From positions 1 to 32,891 of IMG/VR virus record IMGVR_UViG_3300033402_000035: 32,891 nt of DNA; one strand, written 5' to 3'. Under the pieces are notes generated by a model that made no database searches, was not told the origin of the DNA, and worked only from the letters and a program-made list of their open reading frames with translations. Origin of the DNA: a virus. Taxonomy: Duplodnaviria > Caudoviricetes. This document shows, piece after piece, positions 23,400 through 32,210 of this stretch (the stretch's first letter is position 1; each line of letters begins with the position of its first letter). The translations under genes were made by a program, and so were the position numbers.

Positions 23400-23894
23400 T
23401 TACTTCACCATCGCGGCACGCAGGATTAGTCGCGCTTGATCCGGCGTATAAACCGGCAGCGTCCGCGTGGCGCTGGTAACGCCGACCACGGCCAGAATCG
23501 TCGGCAGCAACGATATCGCCGCATTGATGATCAGCACGATTGCCGATCCGCCGGGGATTAGCGGCAACGCGATATCGGCCACCGTCTGTACGGTGGACGC
23601 GATCTCTTGCACAATGTTAGCGTCGGCCGAAGCCGAAGCCGTAGCCGTAGCCACCTGCTCAGCGTCGGTCTTGATTGTGGCAAGATAACCCTGGAGTTGT
23701 GTGACGATGGTGGCCGGCACACCGGGAATTGCTGCGATCGCCGTGATCGCGGACGACAGACCTGATGCGATCAGGCTCACGTCGGTTGCGACCTGCGAAG
23801 CGGTAGTCGTGCTGGTGCTGCACGCCGCCACGCCAGCGGCGGCCAGGATCGCGGCGGTAGAGATGCACCCGAGGGTGCGGCGAGAGATGTTCAT
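23400..23894 (-). CDS. lipoprotein with C-terminal hydrophobic segment (spanin candidate)
   Basis: Start moved to ATG 23894: MNISRRTLGCISTAAILAAAGVAA|C lipobox; C-terminal AIVLIINAAISLLPTILAVVGV; immediately downstream of the holin. Confidence 0.6.
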   Translation of the reverse strand: MNISRRTLGCISTAAILAAAGVAACSTSTTTASQVATDVSLIASGLSSAITAIAAIPGVPATIVTQLQGYLATIKTDAEQVATATASASADANIVQEIASTVQTVADIALPLIPGGSAIVLIINAAISLLPTILAVVGVTSATRTLPVYTPDQARLILRAAMVK

Positions 23895-23898
23895 AAGA

Positions 23899-24288
23899 TT
23901 ACCCGCGGCTTTCAGCGTTACTTTGATGGTTTGCTGCCGATACTGCATCGACGTGAGCATCGCGGGCGACTTGAGTCGTCTGCGTATCCTTGATAGCTTG
24001 AACATCGTGCGCGACGGCCGCGATATCCGCGATGATGCTTGATGCGGCCGCCCAATTCTTCGCCGCCACGGCAGCAATCATGTCGTTTGCCAACTTGTTA
24101 ACGTCGGCTTGGGTGGTCGGCGCCTCCGGCAGCACCATGGCAAGGACGCCACAGACCCCTGTTGCGATACCCACCGCCAGCGTAGCGTTACCGCTTACCA
24201 GATAGGCGGCAGTGCCGGCGGCAGTGCCGACGAACAGACCGATACCAAGGATAGTAGAGGGCTGTTGCACCCACGTTTTGAAACTCAT
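23899..24288 (-). CDS. holin (two predicted TM helices)
   Basis: WVQQPSTILGIG... two hydrophobic helices ending VLPE; overlaps the endolysin stop; AGGAG RBS. Confidence 0.65.
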   Translation of the reverse strand: MSFKTWVQQPSTILGIGLFVGTAAGTAAYLVSGNATLAVGIATGVCGVLAMVLPEAPTTQADVNKLANDMIAAVAAKNWAAASSIIADIAAVAHDVQAIKDTQTTQVARDAHVDAVSAANHQSNAESRG

Positions 24289-24884
24289 GCGTCATCTCCT
24301 GTTGTTTGAGACACATCGCCGATCGGCTCAATGGAAGCCGCTGCGGCCAACTTGATCGCCAACGATGTGCAGCGACCGAGTCGCCCGAGCCAGTCGGCAC
24401 CATCTTGCGCAAACTCGCGCTTACTTCGATAGTCCGTCTCCATGCTCTTCTGCAATTGTAGGATAATCTCCTTGGGGTCGCGCGCCGAGAGCGCCAGCAG
24501 CGTCAAAGGCCCGATACGGCCATCTCTGGTCACACCCAAAATTTCCTGGAGCAATATAGCAGCACCGAACCGTCCAGCGTTAAATCCATGATCTTGCATC
24601 ATGATATCCACGCCATCCGGCATATCGCAGCACCGCATGGGGAGCCAGTAGCCCGCAGCGGCAATGAATCCAATTTCGCTACGGTGCAGTAGCTTGCGCA
24701 TGTCGGCGCCGGTGAGGGTCTGATCGTTACGATGATCGCGCCACTCTGACAATTCGATGCCGCGCCACGTTGGGCCGCCGCTCGGATCGTCATAATAGCC
24801 GCCCTCCTCGCCTCCGGGCTCAGTCTCGGAAGACCCTACCGCGAAGGTCAGCCATGTTTCAAAACTTGATACCGCTTCTGTCAT
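24285..24884 (-). CDS. endolysin, glycoside hydrolase family 108 with peptidoglycan-binding domain
   Basis: EGGYYDDPSGGPTWRGI, DHGFNAG, LQEILGVTRDGRIGPLTL, W..R; AGGAG RBS. Confidence 0.88.
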   Translation of the reverse strand: MTEAVSSFETWLTFAVGSSETEPGGEEGGYYDDPSGGPTWRGIELSEWRDHRNDQTLTGADMRKLLHRSEIGFIAAAGYWLPMRCCDMPDGVDIMMQDHGFNAGRFGAAILLQEILGVTRDGRIGPLTLLALSARDPKEIILQLQKSMETDYRSKREFAQDGADWLGRLGRCTSLAIKLAAAASIEPIGDVSQTTGDDA

Positions 24885-24893
24885 TTCAGTCTC

Positions 24894-25367
24894 CTATTTC
24901 CGCTGAGTCGCGACAGGGTGATCCACAACGACGGAAGACCCCGCCGACTGCCGAGCAGAGTTCCACGACATTATCGCAACAACCAAAGCGGCGGCCATGA
25001 GCATCCAGGGGATGAATTGACTCATGCCTTCCAGCGTGCCGCCACGTTCCGCAACCTGTTTAGCAATCTCAGTCAACCGTTTGTCCATAGAGTTAAACCG
25101 CTGCTCGACATCTTGTCGCGTCATTACCCTCGCCGTGAAATCCTGAAGCGTCGTGTGCCATTCGTTGGACGTGCTGTTTATGTGTTCCTGCGCGGCCTCG
25201 GCTTTGGTAGATGCCATGTCGGCGGCCTTGGCAATCGACAACATCAACTCCTTCAGGCCGCTGATCTGGTTAGACAGATTGGTGCATTCCAACTTAACGA
25301 TCTGGAGGATGTGCGTCTCGGTCCGGTCCATTTCAACATGAGGTAGGTGTTCGGAATTGTCTGTCAT
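24894..25367 (-). CDS. coiled-coil protein with C-terminal TM helix (lysis-associated candidate)
   Basis: Start moved to ATG 25367 (GGAAGG RBS); FIPWMLMAAALVVAIMSW TM segment; directly upstream of the endolysin. Confidence 0.65.
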   Translation of the reverse strand: MTDNSEHLPHVEMDRTETHILQIVKLECTNLSNQISGLKELMLSIAKAADMASTKAEAAQEHINSTSNEWHTTLQDFTARVMTRQDVEQRFNSMDKRLTEIAKQVAERGGTLEGMSQFIPWMLMAAALVVAIMSWNSARQSAGSSVVVDHPVATQRK

Positions 25368-25390
25368 TGCGCATCCTTCCAACAGGGGGC

Positions 25391-25819
25391 TCAGGTCGGC
25401 GGCACCGCAAGGAGCGCGTTCACCTGGGCCTGCGTCATGTATGACTTCGACACGCAATAGTTGAGCAGCGTCGCGAGGGCCGGCTGCGTCACATCGACTA
25501 TGCCGCCATTCACCACCACGACATTCATCCAAGCATTGTAATTGTCCGCCAGCGTCGTGTCGCTTACCATTTTGGACCACATGCCAAGGCGGATCGCTTG
25601 AGGGACCAAAGTCATGTATTGCGACAGCGGCATCAGCGGAGATGGCGCTACGACCGGGCTGTAACAAACCTGCCCGGTGTCGGGCACCACCGTGTATCCC
25701 GCCGGATAGTAGGGGCTCACCCCGTCCCAAGTTATTCGCTCAACCGGCGTCCCGGCAGGTTGTGTAGTGCCGTCGCTCATCACCGTCGGCGCGGCCAACA
25801 GCAAAACGTAGTTGCCCAT
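25391..25819 (-). CDS. tail-fibre-associated/chaperone-like protein
   Basis: AAGGAG RBS; follows the Gly-rich fibre gene; WDGVSPYYP motif resembles fibre-adjacent small proteins (inference). Confidence 0.55.
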   Translation of the reverse strand: MGNYVLLLAAPTVMSDGTTQPAGTPVERITWDGVSPYYPAGYTVVPDTGQVCYSPVVAPSPLMPLSQYMTLVPQAIRLGMWSKMVSDTTLADNYNAWMNVVVVNGGIVDVTQPALATLLNYCVSKSYMTQAQVNALLAVPPT

Positions 25820-25829
25820 GATCGTCTCC

Positions 25830-27320
25830 TTACAATCCCGATGAATATCCTTGCGTGGTCACGACGGCATAACCGCCGCAGCCTGCCCCGCCGGCCCCGC
25901 CGCCGGTTGTGCCGGCACCTCCGCCCGCACCGCCGCAGCCGTAGGCACCGGTTGCAGCACCACCGCCGGCACCGCCGAGGCCACCTGTGTTAGCACCACC
26001 GCCGCCTGGTCCCGCAGTCGCGGGGAACAAGTCACCGCTGCCGGCCGCGTTTCCTCCACTGCCCGCCGTGCCGATCGACGCATTGGCACCGGCGGCACCA
26101 ACAAGAACACCGATAGATGACCCTCCGACGCCCCCCGCGCTTGCGCTGGCAGCGAGCAGGGTGCCCCCGCTACCGCCCGCACTTACACAGATTGCCGCAG
26201 CACCAGAATTACTACCCACAACGGCGCTTCCTGAACCGCCGGCATTCTGCGCGCCGGTAGCATTGGTAGTGGTGATACTTCCAGCACCACCCGCAATTGC
26301 GCCAATGGTCTGGCTTGTTGTTGACCCTCCGATGCCCCCCGTGCCACCGGACGCGCCACCTGTGCTGCCCCCAGCGGTCTGTCCGCCACCGCCGCCACTG
26401 CCGGTGTATGCCGTTTTGTAGCTGCCGAACGTAGAGTTGTTGCCGCCCGTGCCGCCCGTGCCCGGGCCATTCGACGTTGCTCCGGCGCCGCCCGCGCCGC
26501 CCGCCCCGATCGTGACCGTGACCGTCCCAGTGTAGTTCGCAGTCAACGCTGTCCAGTCGATGCATGCTGCGCCGCCACCGCTGGCGCCACCAGTCCCGAC
26601 CGTGCCCAGCGTCTCCATAGCGCCGCCGCCTCCGCCCGCGCCGCCCCCGATCAGCCGTGCGCGTGAGATGCAGGTGATGCCGGTGTAGCCGCAGAATGTC
26701 GGCTTGGTCCACGTGCCCGAAACGGCGAAGGTCTGCACGTCGTAATATAAGTTCGCCATGACGGCCGCAGTCGTGGCCACCTTCGTGCTGTTATCACCAG
26801 CGGATGGCGTGGTCGCCGTCATGCTACCTGTAACGGTGAGGTCGCCGGCATCATCCAAAGTCAAAATGTTGGCGGTGTAGTTGTTGTTTAATACATTGAG
26901 GTTTCCACTTTGCGCGCGTATATACTTGGACGGCGTTGTTCCGCCATTGCCAGTTAGCTTGAGGTTAGCACCGCTTGTATCGGACGTAGCCGATATGGTC
27001 AAAGAGCTTGTGGCACTTGTGCTAGGATCCGAAAGCGAAATTGGCCCAGTAGACACCGTCCCGGTGAACGTTGGTGAGGCAAGCGGGGCGAAGCCACTGA
27101 TGCTTGCGCCGCTGGGTATCGTCACCGTGCCAGTGAACGTTGGTGAGGCAAGCGGGGCGAAGCCGCCCGCTACGAACGCGGTTGTGGCCACATTCGTGCT
27201 GTTATCGCCAGCGGGCTGCGTTACTGCCGTTGTACTCAAAGACTGTGGACCGTAATTCGGAGTCTGAGCAAACGCCACGCTAGACAGCAGAAGAACCGAG
27301 AGCGCAAAGAGCTTGTTCAT
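25830..27320 (-). CDS. Gly-rich tail-fibre-like protein with N-terminal signal peptide
   Basis: MNKLFALSVLLLSSVAFA|Q; DNSTxVATTA x2 and FAPLASPTFTGTV x2 (32-bp identical copies at 27064 and 27133); SGTWTKP plus polyglycine domain. Confidence 0.8.
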   Translation of the reverse strand: MNKLFALSVLLLSSVAFAQTPNYGPQSLSTTAVTQPAGDNSTNVATTAFVAGGFAPLASPTFTGTVTIPSGASISGFAPLASPTFTGTVSTGPISLSDPSTSATSSLTISATSDTSGANLKLTGNGGTTPSKYIRAQSGNLNVLNNNYTANILTLDDAGDLTVTGSMTATTPSAGDNSTKVATTAAVMANLYYDVQTFAVSGTWTKPTFCGYTGITCISRARLIGGGAGGGGGAMETLGTVGTGGASGGGAACIDWTALTANYTGTVTVTIGAGGAGGAGATSNGPGTGGTGGNNSTFGSYKTAYTGSGGGGGQTAGGSTGGASGGTGGIGGSTTSQTIGAIAGGAGSITTTNATGAQNAGGSGSAVVGSNSGAAAICVSAGGSGGTLLAASASAGGVGGSSIGVLVGAAGANASIGTAGSGGNAAGSGDLFPATAGPGGGGANTGGLGGAGGGAATGAYGCGGAGGGAGTTGGGAGGAGCGGYAVVTTQGYSSGL

Positions 27321-27321
27321 G

Positions 27322-28251
27322 TTACTGCAACCCCATCCCGCTAAAGGCGTGCGTCGAGTCGGACGAAATCACTGACACGGCATTTGCCGAGGGAACGATA
27401 TTGTAAGGCTGTCCAGGTTGGATGCACGTTGTATTCCCTGCGCTGGACACGCCACTCGCGACGCCGATCTGGTTGATGCAAAGCGCGACAGTGGCAACGG
27501 TGGGATTGTAGATAAAACCACCTGCCGTTGCGTGCCCGGCGGCAAGGGCGGTTACGGCAGAGCCGCCCGTGGTGACAGAGGCAATATCGAGCGGAACAAG
27601 CGTGCGTTGGCCTGGATTGACCGTTACAGTCCCGCCTGTCTGCTGCATGGGCGAGCCGGGAAGAGATGTTACGGCCGTTGTCGATCCGGTATCCGCGACG
27701 ACATGACCGATCACGTTTGAGCCAGCCGGGAGGCTTTGCGCCATCGTCGAGAGGCTCGACGTGGCTGCTGCCGTGGATGAAACGGTAATGGTCCCGGTCC
27801 CGGTCGTGGTCACCCGCAGCCGCACGCCAGTTCGGCCCCCACTCTCAATCCGGTAGGCTCCGTCAGCCGTGATGGTGGTGTTCAGGAAGCTACCGCTGAT
27901 CGCCATGCAACCGGCCCAGACCGGCGATGCCGCGCCGATATTGTTGGTGCATTCCGGAGTCAGCACCGCAGTGGAGGCGGTCAGGCCCGAGATTGATAAT
28001 CCAACCTCGCCCTGCCCGTTGACCGGTACCGTGTAGGCGGCGCTGAGCGTGGCGCTGTTAATGGTCTGATCAAGAGCACGTACATCGGGGATTGAAGTCA
28101 CCCACGGCGAGGTGCCCTGGGTGACGGGTCCTCCACCGCCGCTCGTAACCGCTACGTTACAAGCGGTCTGGCCAACTCCGCCGCAGTTGTTGGTCTGTGC
28201 GCTAACAGATCCGGACAAAAAAAGAGCAAACACAATCAGAAGTACGCGCAT
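27322..28251 (-). CDS. virion-region beta-rich protein with N-terminal signal peptide
   Basis: MRVLLIVFALFLSGSVSA|Q; six Cys in three local pairs; VTQGTSPWV motif; C-domain paralogous to 28255..28566. Confidence 0.75.
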   Translation of the reverse strand: MRVLLIVFALFLSGSVSAQTNNCGGVGQTACNVAVTSGGGGPVTQGTSPWVTSIPDVRALDQTINSATLSAAYTVPVNGQGEVGLSISGLTASTAVLTPECTNNIGAASPVWAGCMAISGSFLNTTITADGAYRIESGGRTGVRLRVTTTGTGTITVSSTAAATSSLSTMAQSLPAGSNVIGHVVADTGSTTAVTSLPGSPMQQTGGTVTVNPGQRTLVPLDIASVTTGGSAVTALAAGHATAGGFIYNPTVATVALCINQIGVASGVSSAGNTTCIQPGQPYNIVPSANAVSVISSDSTHAFSGMGLQ

Positions 28252-28254
28252 GAT

Positions 28255-28566
28255 TCAGTACCTCACCGCTATGAAGGCATGACCACCTGTGGCGGAAACC
28301 GCCGAAACCGCTGTCTTAAGCGGACCACAAATATGGAAAGATTGTCCAGGCATCAGGGGAATCGAAGACGCTGACCCCGCTGCCGCTATCGTCGTTATGT
28401 CCACATACAGCACCTCGGACGCATTTGGCGGGTTGGCGATATCACCCACGTTTACGATACTTCCAGCCGGAAACACCACGACGGCGGTTCCCCCGGTCAC
28501 GATCGAGGTGGCCGCGCCGACAACTGGTGTGCTTTGGACTGCGAAAGGTGGTGGAAGTGCGGCCAT
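28255..28566 (-). CDS. small beta-rich virion-region protein
   Basis: AGGAG RBS; aligns by eye with the C-terminal ~95 aa of 27322..28251. Confidence 0.7.
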   Translation of the reverse strand: MAALPPPFAVQSTPVVGAATSIVTGGTAVVVFPAGSIVNVGDIANPPNASEVLYVDITTIAAAGSASSIPLMPGQSFHICGPLKTAVSAVSATGGHAFIAVRY

Positions 28567-28575
28567 GATAAACTC

Positions 28576-29283
28576 CTACGATGACCAGGTGATGGGCGGT
28601 CCGAAGCCGGGCGTCGGTGCCGGTGGTAGCGGGTAGAGCGGCGGCAGGACTGCCCTCGCACTGACCCTCTGCGAAATAACCCACTGCCACACACGTCCCG
28701 ACACCCCAGTAATAGTGATCTGGTTTCGATAGACGCGGCCTGGCACGCCTCCTGTAAACCACACGGTCAGCACATACCCGTCCACGCTGAGACCGAGCGC
28801 CGTCCGCTCGCCCATCCCACTCGGCTCAATGGCAAGCGAGGCTGATGCAACAATATCGCCCTGAGCCTGGACCGCGTAGAGGAAATCGGTGTAGTCGAGA
28901 TTAGCACCAGGCAGCTCAGGGGGCCACCACTTGTTGCCGGGAGGGCCGACAGCCGCGCGCGGCATATAGCGGGCAGGCACGATACCAGGGGTCAGGACCA
29001 GATACGTCGCCAATTTCGAGGCGCGCTGTCGATACTCTGGAATCAGAACCAGATATGTCACGACTTTCGAGGCGCGCTGTCGGTACTCGGGAATCAGGAC
29101 CAGATACGTCGCCAATTTCGAGGCGCGCTGATCGGTCTGCTTCACCACGTTGTACGCGTTGACTTTCGAGGCGCGCTGATCGGTCTGCTCCACCACGTTG
29201 TATGCGTTGACTTTCGAAGCGCGCTGATCCTCCGGCTGCACCACGTTGTAGGCATTGAGCTTTGAAGCTTGTTGCATGGTCAC
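28576..29283 (-). CDS. virion-region protein with N-terminal QRASK tandem repeats
   Basis: Three 16-aa plus three 17-aa-type repeats (28984-29274), then a C-terminal beta domain (LDYTD...VWFTGG.PG..Y). Confidence 0.7.
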   Translation of the reverse strand: MTMQQASKLNAYNVVQPEDQRASKVNAYNVVEQTDQRASKVNAYNVVKQTDQRASKLATYLVLIPEYRQRASKVVTYLVLIPEYRQRASKLATYLVLTPGIVPARYMPRAAVGPPGNKWWPPELPGANLDYTDFLYAVQAQGDIVASASLAIEPSGMGERTALGLSVDGYVLTVWFTGGVPGRVYRNQITITGVSGRVWQWVISQRVSARAVLPPLYPLPPAPTPGFGPPITWSS

Positions 29284-29285
29284 GC

Positions 29286-30293
29286 CTACGCCAGACTCTC
29301 GATACCGGCATTGACTAGATCACCAGCATTCCAGGCAGCGGCGGTGTGGGGATTTGTCGTCCAAATCGCGGGACCGCAATAATTCAGAGACGTATTTGGC
29401 GCGACTGTGCCTTGGACATGATCGGAACCGTCGGAGGTCCGCACCACCCACTCGAAATGTTGCGGGCCGGTCGCGCCGACTGACACGCGCGCCTCTTGTA
29501 CCACGGCCAGAATCGCCCAATTGCCTGGCGGAAGCGAAGTACCAACGGTCCACTCGGACAGGGCGCCGATCGCGGTCGTGTTGATGAAATTGGCATCGTT
29601 GATTGTAGTTTCGTCGATATCCGCGACGGTGCCGGTCCAGGATTGCGTGTTGCCAGCGGCGAGTGGTGGCAACGTCTGCACGGCCATCCCAAGCGTACTG
29701 CCGTTGGCAATAATGCACTCTGACCAATACATTGAAGTGGCGTACAAACCACCGTAATAAACCTCGGCCAATGCTGTTGCGCCATCAGTCGTCACATTGA
29801 CGGATGCGCCGGTGTCCGCAACACTTATTCCATTGTAATATAACGTAACTTGTCCTGATGTTCCGTAGTTAACGAATAAGTCTATGGAACAAAGCTGGTC
29901 CGCAAGAAGGGTATCCGGAAGAGAGGTGACCAGTGACGTAATCGTGCCCGCCGCGTTGCACGTGCAAATCTGTAACTGTCCTATCGTTCCCGTTTCCGTC
30001 ACGAGCAGGCGAGTAACTCCGGAATTGTCTGCTATAGCTAAAAGGATTGTAGCAGCTCCATTTGTTACGGCATTGGTGTAAGTCATACCATGAACCCAGA
30101 AATTAGACGTGGGACCAAATTTTGGTGTCTGAGCGTAATTAGTAAGGGGAATAGTCGTTCCAGAGTTATATATCCCTACGGCCGAACGCGCGTATGCAGC
30201 ACGGAAATAGCCGCTGCTCGTTGTAACCGTTAATCCTTGTAAAGCAACAAAACTGGAGTCCTCGCCACCGGCCCAATAGATTGTCGTTGTCAT
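29286..30293 (-). CDS. beta-rich structural/receptor-binding candidate protein
   Basis: 335 aa Thr/Gly/Ala-rich ORF in the tail gene cluster; AAGGA RBS. Confidence 0.7.
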   Translation of the reverse strand: MTTTIYWAGGEDSSFVALQGLTVTTSSGYFRAAYARSAVGIYNSGTTIPLTNYAQTPKFGPTSNFWVHGMTYTNAVTNGAATILLAIADNSGVTRLLVTETGTIGQLQICTCNAAGTITSLVTSLPDTLLADQLCSIDLFVNYGTSGQVTLYYNGISVADTGASVNVTTDGATALAEVYYGGLYATSMYWSECIIANGSTLGMAVQTLPPLAAGNTQSWTGTVADIDETTINDANFINTTAIGALSEWTVGTSLPPGNWAILAVVQEARVSVGATGPQHFEWVVRTSDGSDHVQGTVAPNTSLNYCGPAIWTTNPHTAAAWNAGDLVNAGIESLA

Positions 30294-30323
30294 AGCAAGT
30301 TGTCCTTATGTTGAAGGGGAGGC

Positions 30324-31256
30324 TCAGGGTTGCCACTCGATAAGAATTTTGCCGGGTGCGCCCGCGCCACCCCCCATTGCCGGGCCGTAACTGCCACCGC
30401 CGCCGCTGCCGGCGGCCTGGCCGTTCGCCGGCGCGCCGCCGCCTGAAGTGCCACGGCCGCCGCCGCCGTAGAAGCTGGCGCCACCGGAACCGCCCATAAT
30501 ATTCGCCTGTGGCGAGCCGTCGGTGCCATAACCTCCGTAATCCGCATTAAATGCCAGGATGCCACCGCCAATGCCGCCAGCGCCCCCCGCCGGCGCGGAG
30601 TTGAACACGCCGCCCGAACCGCCGGTCGCCTGCAACAACCCACTGGACCCGAAACTGGTAGTGCCGCCCGACGATCCGCTTTGCCCGGAGGCGCCGCCTG
30701 CTCCGCCGGCGCCAACGACAAACGGAATCATGGCGCCTGGCGTGAGGGCAGAAATCAGAGCGTCAGCCCAGCCACCGGCACCGCCACCACCCCCGGCCTG
30801 GGCACCGTCGGTGCCTGCGCCACCCCCGCCACCACCCACTAGCTGGATCCTGGCCCGCGTATAACCCGCCGGCACAGTAACGGGAGATACACTCGACGTG
30901 ATCAGATATTGTACCTGAAAAGGCGGGGCCACTACGAAGAGACGCTCGATGGCCTCAATGATGCCGGCGGTGATCTGATTGTTAACGAGATCGCCTGCGT
31001 TCCAGGACAACGCGGTCGTGTTCTCTTGAGCGCGAGTGATCGTAACCACGTCGCCACTGCGGGCTGTGCAATAGACAATCTCGATCGTCGTCGGATTGCT
31101 CGCGCTAATCAGCGTCAACGGAAAATATTGACCTGCTCCGGGGGAGGGAAATATTGCCCCTGTACCCGAATACAGCGTTGCTGATGTGTCGCCAAAAGCG
31201 AGCGGAAGCGCCAGCACCGTGCCGGCATTATTCGACAGAAGAATGGGGATAGTCAT
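30324..31256 (-). CDS. tail fibre protein (baseplate-anchor N-domain plus Gly-rich domain)
   Basis: NNA.TVL...GTGAIFP...EIVYCTARSGD.VTITRAQE.T.A..W..GD anchor; polyglycine C-domain; follows the baseplate genes. Confidence 0.8.
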   Translation of the reverse strand: MTIPILLSNNAGTVLALPLAFGDTSATLYSGTGAIFPSPGAGQYFPLTLISASNPTTIEIVYCTARSGDVVTITRAQENTTALSWNAGDLVNNQITAGIIEAIERLFVVAPPFQVQYLITSSVSPVTVPAGYTRARIQLVGGGGGGAGTDGAQAGGGGGAGGWADALISALTPGAMIPFVVGAGGAGGASGQSGSSGGTTSFGSSGLLQATGGSGGVFNSAPAGGAGGIGGGILAFNADYGGYGTDGSPQANIMGGSGGASFYGGGGRGTSGGGAPANGQAAGSGGGGSYGPAMGGGAGAPGKILIEWQP

Positions 31257-31262
31257 GTGTGC

Positions 31263-32207
31263 TTATCCTACTGATACGTGGACGATATTGGAGTCATTCC
31301 AGAGCTGCCCGGCAATCATTGGATCTGCCAGTGGCAGGTTCCCCCCGCCGATCAGCAATAGCTGCGCGGCTGTCACCAGACCGAAGTAAACTGGAGAGGC
31401 GAATGGATTCGGCGTAAGACCAGGAACAACCGTAACGACATTGCTGTTGCTCCAGACCGCGCCATCTGCAAGCCCTGTCGCGCTTGTCGGATAGCCCTGC
31501 CCGGAGGCCACATTCAGGATGCCCGCGACGTTGGTCAAGTACGTCGGTGCAATGCTGTTAATGACCGTCACCGAAAACGAATACTGAAAAGGCAGCGAAA
31601 TGGCGCCCGATGCCACAGCAGCCTGAAAAATCTGGGCTGATAGAGACGTAATCCCAGCCGCGTTAGTCAACGTGATCGTGATCGCGATCGCACCGTTCCC
31701 ACTGCACACAACACTGATCGGATAAGTGTTGTCGATGTTCGGCGAGACCCCGTTTATACCGATCAGGAAGCGCATAATGCGGCGCTTCAGCCATGTAATC
31801 GAATAGACCTGCCCGTCACCCTTGAAGAAAAACCACGTGATAATGCGCTTGAAAATGTCGTCAGTAGTCGTGAAGAGGTCGATCACCCCCGACATGGTGT
31901 AGGAGTTAACCAGGATCGTATTGACCTTCCACGTATTGACCAGCCCAATGCCAGTGGTGCTGCCGTAAGGCAGCGCGGGCCGACTAATGCCGTATAACCC
32001 CTGCGCCACCCAATCAAGCAGCAACCCCGATAACCCCGTGTAGATCGGCAGGTTGATGTCAACGAACCAGCTCAGGTAATTCTGGGCAAGCGCATTAAAG
32101 GACGAATTGAACGCCTGGATGTTGTCATCATCCTCGAATTGTTTATAAACGAAGGCGGGTATGATCTGTGTTAGCATCGTTGGACTAGTGGGGGGGAAAG
32201 TGCTCAT
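31263..32207 (-). CDS. baseplate wedge protein (gpI/DUF2612-like)
   Basis: LPIYT.LSG.LLDWVAQGLYGI.RP, TDDIFKRIITW...KGDG...WLKRR; lies between baseplate J and the fibre. Confidence 0.75.
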   Translation of the reverse strand: MSTFPPTSPTMLTQIIPAFVYKQFEDDDNIQAFNSSFNALAQNYLSWFVDINLPIYTGLSGLLLDWVAQGLYGISRPALPYGSTTGIGLVNTWKVNTILVNSYTMSGVIDLFTTTDDIFKRIITWFFFKGDGQVYSITWLKRRIMRFLIGINGVSPNIDNTYPISVVCSGNGAIAITITLTNAAGITSLSAQIFQAAVASGAISLPFQYSFSVTVINSIAPTYLTNVAGILNVASGQGYPTSATGLADGAVWSNSNVVTVVPGLTPNPFASPVYFGLVTAAQLLLIGGGNLPLADPMIAGQLWNDSNIVHVSVG

Positions 32208-32210
32208 ACT

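Noticed and set aside
25368-25730. N-terminal extension of the 24894..25730 ORF (likewise 23895..24077 and 11546..11620)
   Set aside because: The extensions overlap neighbouring genes. Downstream ATGs give non-overlapping, sensible proteins.
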